From: a bacterium
GTDB taxonomy: Bacteria > SAR324 > JACQKK01
Direction of reading: 5' to 3'
Assembly: GCA_041476685.1 (NCBI GenBank)
Contig: JBGOTW010000003.1
Location: forward strand, 1-49,658
DNA: 49,658 nucleotides
Below are positions 8,679 through 16,729 of this stretch, piece by piece (the first letter of the stretch is position 1; every line of letters starts with the position of its first letter). The notes under the pieces are model-generated. The model saw nothing but the letters and a program-made list of their open reading frames with translations, was not told the origin of the DNA and did no database searches. The translations under genes and the position numbers were made by a program.

Positions 8679-8846
8679 CCTCCGGGAGATTTGTGGACTG
8701 GGCTTGAGTTCGGTGCCAGCCTTCGCCAAGGATCAAGCGCCGGATCCATGCGGGCACAGGGCACGGGACGCGGAGCCGCCGGCGTCGAAACCGCGGTCCG
8801 CGGTGCCGCAGTCAACGGTGCCGGTCCGCAGCCCTTGGGGGAGATC

Positions 8847-9875
8847 ATGCTGCTGCCGACTTCGCTCGTGGGGAGCTATCCCCAGCCGGACTGGCTCATT
8901 GACCGTCAGGCGCTGCTCGCGCGCCGCGTGCCGCGCATCCACGTCCCGGAGCTGTGGCGCGTGCCGCCGCCCTGGCTGGAGCAGGCCCAGGACGACGCCA
9001 CCGAGCTCGCCATCCGCGACCAGGAACGCGCGGGCCTCGACATCGTCACCGACGGGGAGATCCGGCGCGAGAGCTATTCGGCCCGCTTCGCCAACGCGCT
9101 GGAGGGCCTCGACCTCGAACATCCGGGCAGCGCGCGGAGCCGCACCGGCGAGCCGACCCCCGTGCCGCGCGTCGTCGGGCCCATCCGCCGCCGGCACGCG
9201 GTCGAGGTGCGCGACGTCAAGTTCCTGCGCGCCCACACGGACCGCCCCGTCAAGATCACGCTGCCGGGGCCGTTCACCCTCTCCCAGCAGGCGCAGGACG
9301 AGCACTACCGGGATCCGCGCGCGCTGGCGCTGGCGTACGCGGACGCGGTCAACGCGGAAGCGCGGGACCTGTTCGCCGCCGGCGCCGACATCGTCCAGCT
9401 CGACGAGCCCTACATGCAGGCCCAGCCGGAGCGGGCGCGGGCCTTCGGCGTGGAGGCGCTCAACCGCGCGCTGGCCGGCCTAAACGGCACGACCTGCGTG
9501 CACCTGTGCTTCGGCTACGCGGCGCTGGTGCGCGAGCGCCCGTCAGGCTACAGCTTCCTGCCCGAACTGGCGCAGGCCCGCTGCGCGCAGATTTCCATCG
9601 AGACCGCCCAGGCCAACCTGGATTGCAGCGTGCTCGAGGCGTTGCCGGGCAAGACGATCCTCGTCGGCGCGCTGAACCTCGCCGACCCGGCCGTGGAGAC
9701 GCCCGCGGTCGTCGCCGAGCGCATCCGGCGGGCCCTGCGGCACGTCCCGCCGGAGCGGGTGGTCGTCGCCCCGGATTGCGGCATGAAGTACCTGGCGCGC
9801 GACGTGGCGTTCGGGAAGCTATGCGCGCTCGTCGCGGGCGCGCGGCTGGTGCGGCGCGAGCTGGGCGCGGCGTAG
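8847..9875 (+). CDS. cobalamin-independent methionine synthase II family (single-barrel MetE-like)
   Basis: VGSYPQP, GLDIVTDGEIRR, QLDEP, HLC and PDCG zinc-ligand motifs; GGGGAG RBS. Confidence 0.9.
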   Translation: MLLPTSLVGSYPQPDWLIDRQALLARRVPRIHVPELWRVPPPWLEQAQDDATELAIRDQERAGLDIVTDGEIRRESYSARFANALEGLDLEHPGSARSRTGEPTPVPRVVGPIRRRHAVEVRDVKFLRAHTDRPVKITLPGPFTLSQQAQDEHYRDPRALALAYADAVNAEARDLFAAGADIVQLDEPYMQAQPERARAFGVEALNRALAGLNGTTCVHLCFGYAALVRERPSGYSFLPELAQARCAQISIETAQANLDCSVLEALPGKTILVGALNLADPAVETPAVVAERIRRALRHVPPERVVVAPDCGMKYLARDVAFGKLCALVAGARLVRRELGAA

Positions 9876-10016
9876 CGCCCCGCAATCTTCCCTGCTGTGC
9901 AGGAGATTCCCGTGTGCAGCGGACTCGGGCGGCAGAAGTCGTTGCCTTCCGATGCCGGCGGGTGCGACCCGCGGGGGGGCACCGCACGGCGGTGTCCCGT
10001 CCCGTGCGGGAAGCCC

Positions 10017-11033
10017 CTAGGGCACGAGCAGGACCTTACCCTTCGCTTTTCGGTCCTGGAGATAGTCATGGGCGGCGGCGGCCTGGTCAAAGGGAAACGT
10101 GCGGTCCACGTAGGGCTTGATCTGGCCCGCCTCGTACAGCGCGAGCAGGGACGCGAATTGGGCTCCCAGCAGATCAAAGCGGTGGAACAAATGGGCGATG
10201 TTCACTCCGGACACGCTGCGGTTGTCGCTCATCAGCTGCAGGGGGCTGATCTTCTTGATCCGCAAGAACTCGGCAACCATGCGCGGGAGATTGCGGCGCT
10301 TGCCCGTCACCGCCGCGGCAAAGCCGAAGGCGACCAGGTGGCCGCAGTCGCCCAGCAGCCGGTAGCCCTCCGTCCACGAGCGACCCCCCACCGGATCCAG
10401 GATCACGTCCAGCCCGCCCTGCGGACCCAGGATGGCGCGGACGGCGGCCGCGACGTCCCGGCCGGAATCGAGCGGATGAGTCACCCCGCGCTGGCGCAGG
10501 AATTCATGCTTGGCCGGAGAGGCCGAACCGAAGATCGTGCAGCGTTGGGCGCGGGCCAACTCCACGGCGGCCAGCCCCACGCCCCCGGCTGCCGAGTGGA
10601 TGAGGACCTTGCCGCCCTCGCGCAACCGCGCCACGACCCGCAGCATGTGATGCGCTGTCAAATAGACCACCGGCAGGGCAGCCCCCTCCTCGAAGCTCAT
10701 TGCCGCGGGCATCTTGAACACCTGCAAGGCAGGCAGCACGACGGTGTCGGAGTAGCCGCCGAAATACGGCATCCCGATCACGCGCTCCCCCGGAGCGAAT
10801 CCCCTCACGCCGGGTCCGACCTGGTCCACCAGACCCGAAATCTCGTACCCGACAACGCAGGGAATCCTGGGCGCGTCCGGATAGACCCCCAGCCGCGCCA
10901 TGATATCCGCGAAGTTGATGCCGCAGGCCCGCGCGCGAATGCGCACCTGTCCCGGCCCGCACGCGGGATCGGGCGCTTCGCGCACTCGAAGCACTTCCGG
11001 CGGACCGGCTCGAGTGATCCAGACCTGTCGCAT
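10017..11033 (-). CDS. VAT-1-like medium-chain dehydrogenase/reductase
   Basis: GINFADIMARLGVYPDAP, HSAAGGVG, C-terminal KGKVLL. Confidence 0.88.
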   Translation of the reverse strand: MRQVWITRAGPPEVLRVREAPDPACGPGQVRIRARACGINFADIMARLGVYPDAPRIPCVVGYEISGLVDQVGPGVRGFAPGERVIGMPYFGGYSDTVVLPALQVFKMPAAMSFEEGAALPVVYLTAHHMLRVVARLREGGKVLIHSAAGGVGLAAVELARAQRCTIFGSASPAKHEFLRQRGVTHPLDSGRDVAAAVRAILGPQGGLDVILDPVGGRSWTEGYRLLGDCGHLVAFGFAAAVTGKRRNLPRMVAEFLRIKKISPLQLMSDNRSVSGVNIAHLFHRFDLLGAQFASLLALYEAGQIKPYVDRTFPFDQAAAAHDYLQDRKAKGKVLLVP

Positions 11034-11308
11034 GGATTCTCCGCAAATGTGATCTGGAAGATTCGTCGCCCGGGTTCTGCTTGAGGCAGCGAGGGCGAAA
11101 CTCCCGTGATCGCAGCCCGGCACGCAGCGAAGGTCGCGCACTTGCGTCGGCCAATCGCGGCAGGCCGCACGGGAGGCAGGGACTTGCCCGCGCTTCCGGC
11201 ACTCCTTAGCATGCCTGTCGCGGCGGAAGCCATGCTTGCGCGGGGCTCGACGGGTCGCCGCGCTTCTGGCATGTCTAGCCGGTTCTTCCCTATCCGCCGG
11301 AGGTACCC

Positions 11309-11827
11309 ATGTCCGTGACGCACAAGGAGGTCGCACCCCACCGCTTCCGCGAGACCTATGGCCGCTGCTTCGAGGACTTCACGGAGGGCGACGTGTACGA
11401 GCACCGTCCGGGACGCACGATCACCGAGGCGGACAACGTGTGGTTTACGCTGCTGACGATGAACCAGCACCCGCTCCACTTCGACCAGGCCTACGCGGCC
11501 AAGAGCGAATTCGGGCGGGCGGTGGTCAACAGCGCCCTGACGCTCTCCATCGTCACGGGCATGAGCGTCAGCGACGTGAGCTACAAGGCCATCGCCAACC
11601 TGGGCTGGACGGACATCCGCCTGCTGGCGCCGGTGTTCGTCGGCGACACGCTCTACGCGGAATCGAAGGTAGTCGCGAAGCGCCCGTCGAAATCCCGCCC
11701 GGAGCAGGGGCTCGTGACCGTCAGCACGACGGGCCGCAAGGCGGACGGAACCGTGATCATGACGTTCGAGCGCACCATGCTCGTCCCGCTGCGCGGCCAC
11801 GCCCTGGAAGACCGGATCGACTATTGA
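11309..11827 (+). CDS. MaoC-family dehydratase
   Basis: GRTITEADN..MNQHPLHFD, PVFVGDTLYAES; GGAGG RBS. Confidence 0.9.
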   Translation: MSVTHKEVAPHRFRETYGRCFEDFTEGDVYEHRPGRTITEADNVWFTLLTMNQHPLHFDQAYAAKSEFGRAVVNSALTLSIVTGMSVSDVSYKAIANLGWTDIRLLAPVFVGDTLYAESKVVAKRPSKSRPEQGLVTVSTTGRKADGTVIMTFERTMLVPLRGHALEDRIDY

Positions 11828-11848
11828 GCGGAATCCGGCCTGTCGCCG

Positions 11849-11980
11849 GGCAGTGGGTCAATTTGCTGCTGTGGCCGTGAACCGCAACAACGGACTCCTC
11901 GCATTCGCTCGGAGTGACAAGGGGCTGTCATATCGAGCGTAGCGGGAAATCTGCTGTTGTCTCCAAACTGACCCGCTACC
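11849..11980. mobile_element. MITE-like element, family A copy 2
   Basis: TIRs GGCAGTGGGTCAATTTG / CAAACTGACCCGCTACC (14/17 complementary); internal long hairpin. Confidence 0.7.
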
Positions 11981-12160
11981 GCCGGCCGGGCCGCGTTGAC
12001 TTCCTGCGCGGCCGAGGGAGAGGATCGGTCTGCCGCTGCGAACGTCGTATCGGACGGCCGGAACGCCGCTCCGGCAGAACTCCGGCCTGATGGGCTGAGG
12101 AAGAGGTCTCCAGCCGCAAGCATACCGCTCACTGCCGCCCCACCTCCCTGGAGACATCCC

Positions 12161-13597
12161 GTGAAAGCCGCCACCGTCGAGCTGACCGCCGCGCAGATTC
12201 CGGTGCAGGCCTCCACCGAATCCATCTCGCGCACGCTGGCGACCTTCGTCCACGACCTGCAGGCGGAAGCCATTCCCGCCGCCGTGCGCGAGCGCGCCGC
12301 CTTCCTGATCCTGGACGCGGTGGGGATCGCGCTGGCCTCGACGCGCTGGGACTTCGCGCACAAGTGCCTGACGGCCGCGCAGGGCCTGGGCGGGGCGGGC
12401 GACTGCACGGTGCTGGGCATGCCGGCGCGCCTGCCCGTGCGCGACGCGGTGCTGATGAACGGGCTGCTGGTGCACGGCCTGGACTACGACGATACCCACG
12501 TGTCCGGCGTGATCCATGGCACGGCCAGCGCGTGGCCGTGCGCGTACGGCACGGGAGAGCACGTGGGCGCGTCCGGGCGCGACGTGCTCGTCGCCTACAT
12601 CGCGGCGATCGAGGCGGTCGCGCGGCTGGGGGCGGTGGCGCGCGGCGGCTTCCACCAGGTGGGCTTCCATCCCACCGGGCTGGTCGGGGTGTTCGGCTGC
12701 GCGCTGGCGGCGGGGCGGCTGCTGGGCGCGAACCCGGAGCAGCTCACCATGGCGCAGGGCGTGGCCCTGAGCACCGCGGCGGGCAGCCTGGAATTCCTCG
12801 CGGACGGCTCGTGGACCAAGCGCCTGCACCCGGGCTGGGCGGGCGTCGCGGGCATCACCGCCGCCGCGCTGGCCCGGCAGGGATTCGTCGCCCCGCAGGC
12901 CGCGTACGAGGGCCGCTTCGGCCTGTACAACATCCATCTCGGCACGCGCGAGGACACCCGCGACATCGCCCTCGCGACGGCCGGCCTGGGCGAAACCTGG
13001 GAGCTGAACCAGGTCGCGGTCAAGCCCTTCCCCGCCTGCCACTTCACGCACGGCTGCGCCGACGCCGCGCTGGCGCTGGTGAAGGCGCACGGCCTGCGGC
13101 CCGCCGACATCGCGCGCGTGCGCGTGCTGCTCCCGGCGGAGACGATCGGCACGGTGTGCGAGCCGGTCGCCAACAAGCTGCGCCCGGTGAGCGACTACGA
13201 CGCGAAGTTCTCCGTCCAGTTCATCGTGGCGGCGTGCCTGGTGCGCGGAAAGTTCGGCCTGCCGGAGCTGGAGCCGGACGCCCTCAATGACGAGGCGATC
13301 CTGGACGTCGCGCGCAAGGTCGAGTACCAGGCGGACCCGAAGTCCCCCTTTCCCAAGGCGTACTCGGGCGAGGTCATCGTGACGACCCGCGACGGACGCG
13401 AGCTGCGCCGGCGCGAGCAGGTGAACCGCGGCGCGGCGGACCGGCCGCTGTCCAACGGCGAAGTCGAAGGCAAGTTCATGGAGAACGCGCGCATGGCCGT
13501 CTCGCGGGAGCGCGCCGAGCGCATCCGCGACGGGCTGCTCGCGCTGGAGCGCTGCCCCGACGTGCGCTCGCTCGGCGCGCTGCTGGGCGCGGCCTGA
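12161..13597 (+). CDS. MmgE/PrpD family protein
   Basis: HGLDYDDTH, GFHPTG, KRLHPG, KPFPACHFTH, AKFS; GTG start after GGAG. Confidence 0.9.
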   Translation: MKAATVELTAAQIPVQASTESISRTLATFVHDLQAEAIPAAVRERAAFLILDAVGIALASTRWDFAHKCLTAAQGLGGAGDCTVLGMPARLPVRDAVLMNGLLVHGLDYDDTHVSGVIHGTASAWPCAYGTGEHVGASGRDVLVAYIAAIEAVARLGAVARGGFHQVGFHPTGLVGVFGCALAAGRLLGANPEQLTMAQGVALSTAAGSLEFLADGSWTKRLHPGWAGVAGITAAALARQGFVAPQAAYEGRFGLYNIHLGTREDTRDIALATAGLGETWELNQVAVKPFPACHFTHGCADAALALVKAHGLRPADIARVRVLLPAETIGTVCEPVANKLRPVSDYDAKFSVQFIVAACLVRGKFGLPELEPDALNDEAILDVARKVEYQADPKSPFPKAYSGEVIVTTRDGRELRRREQVNRGAADRPLSNGEVEGKFMENARMAVSRERAERIRDGLLALERCPDVRSLGALLGAA

Positions 13598-13673
13598 TTC
13601 CCCTCGCGCGCCCAGCCGAATCCGGGGCGCCCGCCTTCCGGGCGCCTCTCCCGTCCCCAGCCGAGTGGCCCCG

Positions 13674-14831
13674 ATGAACCCGCCCGCGGATACCCAGGAC
13701 GAAGACCTGATCCTGCAAACCATCGACGGCTTCCTGGAGCGCGAGGTGCAGCCCGTGGCGCGCGCGCTGGAGCACGCGGACGAGTATCCCGCCAAGATCG
13801 TGGCCGGCATGGCCGAGCTGGGGCTGTTCGGCGCCATCATCGCGCCGCAGTACGGCGGGCTGGGGCTCTCCGCCAGCACGTACGCGAAGATCGTGGAGCG
13901 CATGGCGCGGGTGTGGATGTCAGTCACGGGCATCTACAACTCGCACCTGATCATGGCCGCGGCCGTGCAGCGCTTCGGCACCGAGGGCCAGAAGCGCGAG
14001 TTCCTCCCCCGCTTCGCCAGTGGCGAGCTGCGCGGGGGCCTCGCCCTGACGGAGCCGGACTGCGGCACGGACCTGCAGGCGATCCGCACGACGGCGGTGC
14101 GCGAGGGCAGCCACTACGTCATCAACGGCACGAAGACCTGGATCTCCAACGGCATCCACGGCCAGTGCTTCGCGCTGCTGGTGAAGACGGACCCGGAGGC
14201 GGAGCCCCGCCACAAGGGCATGAGCCTGTTCCTCGCCGAGAAGGGCGCGGGGTTCAAGGTGAGCCGCAAGCTGGAGAAGCTGGGCTACAAGGGGATCGAC
14301 AGCGCGGAGCTGGTGTTCGAGGACTACGCCGTGCCCGTGGACCGGCTCATCGGCGGCGTGGAGGGCCTGGGGCTCAAGCACGCCCTGGGCGGCCTGGAGC
14401 TGGGGCGCATCAACGTCGCCGCGCGCGGCGTGGGCGTGGCGCGCGCCTCGCTGGAGGAGTCCCTGCGCTACGCGCAGATCCGCAAGACCTTCGGCAAGCC
14501 GATCTGCCAGCACCAGGCGATCCAGCTCAAGCTGGCCGACATGGCCACGCGCGTGGAGGCGGCGAAGCTCCTCGTGGAGAAGGCCGCGCAGGCCTATGAC
14601 CGCGGCGAACGCTGCGACATGGAAGCGGGCATGGCCAAGCTGTTCGCATCGGAGGCGGCGATCGAGAACTCGCTGGAGGCGATGCGCATCCACGGCGGGT
14701 ACGGCTACTCGAAGGAATTCGACGTGGAGCGCTACTACCGCGACGCCCCGCTGCTCGCTATCGGCGAAGGGACGAACGAGCTGCAGCGCATCATCATCGC
14801 GCGGCAGCTGATCGAGCGGAACCCGGCGTAG
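13674..14831 (+). CDS. acyl-CoA dehydrogenase
   Basis: LTEPDCGTD, NGTKTWISNG, HGGYGY, IGEGTNE. Confidence 0.95.
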   Translation: MNPPADTQDEDLILQTIDGFLEREVQPVARALEHADEYPAKIVAGMAELGLFGAIIAPQYGGLGLSASTYAKIVERMARVWMSVTGIYNSHLIMAAAVQRFGTEGQKREFLPRFASGELRGGLALTEPDCGTDLQAIRTTAVREGSHYVINGTKTWISNGIHGQCFALLVKTDPEAEPRHKGMSLFLAEKGAGFKVSRKLEKLGYKGIDSAELVFEDYAVPVDRLIGGVEGLGLKHALGGLELGRINVAARGVGVARASLEESLRYAQIRKTFGKPICQHQAIQLKLADMATRVEAAKLLVEKAAQAYDRGERCDMEAGMAKLFASEAAIENSLEAMRIHGGYGYSKEFDVERYYRDAPLLAIGEGTNELQRIIIARQLIERNPA

Positions 14832-15132
14832 ATCCCGTTTGGAAATGCGAAATGCAGGGGCGCTGCCCCGCCGTTGCCTAGGCTCTGTTTGAGTACCGCA
14901 TCCGAGGGGCTTTGCCCCTCGGACTCCCCAGCAGGGAGCGGTTGCTCCCTGCACTCTGGTTTTGCGCTGAATCCGCGCTCAGCGCGGATTCAGCGCAAGG
15001 ACTGGGGTCCAGGGGTCTCAGACCCCAGGCGAGGTTTCAAGGCGCAGAGCCCCTTGAAAGGCATTCTCAAACAGGGGCGCGGGGGAACTGGTTCCCCCGC
15101 AGTGGTGCTGCTTTGCATACTTCAACGGACCT
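14830..15132. mobile_element. nested multi-hairpin MITE-like element
   Basis: Inner IR CTGTTTGAG/CTCAAACAG (~14881-15078); weaker outer IR agatcccgtttgg/ttcaacggacct; perfect 18-bp-arm palindrome 14962-14998 and at least 5 more hairpins. Confidence 0.6.
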
Positions 15133-15163
15133 GCAGCCCCCATCGCCTTCCGCCAGGCTCGCC

Positions 15164-16351
15164 ATGCTGCCCCTCACCGGCCTGAAGATCGTCGCGGTCG
15201 AGCAGTACGGCGCGGCACCCTTCGGCACGATGTACCTCGCCGATCTCGGCGCGGAGGTGATCAAGATCGAGAATCCCGCGGAGGGCGGCGAGCTGGGCCG
15301 CCGTGTCGGCCCGTACTTCTTCGCGCCGGGCGACAGCCATTTCTTCCAGGGCCTCAACCGCAACAAGAAGAGCCTCACGCTCAACCTGAAGCGGCCCGAG
15401 GCGCGGGAGGTGCTCGAGGCGCTCGTGCGCGGGGCGGACGGCGTCGTGAACAACTTGCGCGGGGACCAGCCCGCCAAGCTCCGGCTCACCTACGAGCACC
15501 TGGGCGCGTGCAATCCGGCGGTCGTGTGCGCCCATCTCTCGGCCTACGGACGGGAGGGCCCGCGGGCGGCTTGGCCGGGCTTCGACTACCTGATGCAGGC
15601 CGAGGCGGGCTACCTCTCGCTCACCGGGGAGCCCGAGGGCCCGCCGCAGCGCTTCGGCCTGTCCATCGTGGACTACATGACCGGGCTGACGGCCGCCTTC
15701 GCCCTGCTGGCCGGCGTCGTGGAGGCGCGCGCAACGGGCAAGGGGCGGGACCTGGACGTCAGCCTGTTCGACGTGGCGCTGTTCAACCTCAACTACCTCG
15801 CGATGTGGTACCTGAACGAGGGCCACGTGCAGGGGCGCGAGCCGCGCTCGGGTCATCCCTCGCTCGTGCCCAGCCAGCTCTTCCGCACGCGGGACGGCTG
15901 GATCTTCATCATGTGCAACAAGGAGAAGTTCTGGGGGCTGCTCGCGCGGGCCGTGGAGCATCCGGAGTGGGAGAGCGATCCGGAGCTGGCGACGTTCGCG
16001 GCGCGGCTGCGCAACCGCGCACGGGTCACGCGCCTGCTGGACGAGGCGCTGGCCGCGCGCACGACCGCGGAATGGCTGGAGCGCTTCGCGGGGGAAATTC
16101 CGGCCGCGCCCGTGCTCGACGTGAAGGCCGCGCTCGACAACCCGGCGGCGCGGGCGGGCGGGCGCATCCTGCGCATGACCCATCCCGTGCGGGGCGAGAT
16201 GAGCCAACTCGCCAATCCGGTGCGGCTCTCCGGCGAGGAGCATCCGGCGCGCCCCGCGCCCGCGCTGGGGGCCGACACGGAGGAGATCCTGCGCGGCCTG
16301 GGCTATTCGGCGGCGCGCATCGCCGCGCTGCGCAAGGCGGGCGCTGTCTGA
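15164..16351 (+). CDS. CaiB/BaiF (family III) CoA transferase
   Basis: LADLGAEVIKIE, NRNKKSLTLNL, GFDYLMQAEAG, APALGADT. Confidence 0.95.
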   Translation: MLPLTGLKIVAVEQYGAAPFGTMYLADLGAEVIKIENPAEGGELGRRVGPYFFAPGDSHFFQGLNRNKKSLTLNLKRPEAREVLEALVRGADGVVNNLRGDQPAKLRLTYEHLGACNPAVVCAHLSAYGREGPRAAWPGFDYLMQAEAGYLSLTGEPEGPPQRFGLSIVDYMTGLTAAFALLAGVVEARATGKGRDLDVSLFDVALFNLNYLAMWYLNEGHVQGREPRSGHPSLVPSQLFRTRDGWIFIMCNKEKFWGLLARAVEHPEWESDPELATFAARLRNRARVTRLLDEALAARTTAEWLERFAGEIPAAPVLDVKAALDNPAARAGGRILRMTHPVRGEMSQLANPVRLSGEEHPARPAPALGADTEEILRGLGYSAARIAALRKAGAV

Positions 16352-16412
16352 CGCGGCGGGTCGGCGCGGCGGCGTAGGGGCTTCCCGCGCAGGGCGCTTG
16401 CGGCCTGCATCA

Positions 16413-16729
16413 CCCGTAAACAGGAGCCATAGGAACGAGTGCGCGCTTCAATACCCGAGAATCGCGGTGGACGTGACCGACAGCGCCTCACCCTCGGCGC
16501 TTCGCGCCGGTCCCTCTCCGACTGCGCGGAGAGGGACTTTGCCCGGTGGGACGCCCCTCTCCACGCAGTTGGAGACGGGCAGCCCGGTGCCGAGCGCTTG
16601 CGCGAGGCACGAGAACCTCAGCGCAGGCGGGGTGAGGCCCATTGACGGCAGTCGGAAGGATTGGAGCCGTTCACCCGGTTTTGAGATGGGCTCTACGATA
16701 CGCCCGGGACGCCCGTAAACAGGAGCCAT
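16413..16729. repeat. 18-bp direct repeat bracketing a degenerate MITE with an internal REP doublet
   Basis: cccgtaaacaggagccat at 16413-16430 and 16712-16729; REP doublet gcctcacc/ggtgaggc 16485-16638; IR-like ttttgagatgggctct 16679-16694. Confidence 0.7.

Noticed and set aside
8375-8846. SAM or cobalamin riboswitch upstream of the MetE-like gene (also checked upstream of metB, 20980-21148)
   Set aside because: No recognisable consensus elements; the structured part is explained by MITE A. An Rfam scan would be decisive.
8385-8846. N-terminal extensions in the ORF track (e.g. 8385, 14912, 11996, 37774, 49551)
   Set aside because: These run through intergenic repeats or upstream genes; downstream starts that match family N-termini, most with an RBS, fit better.
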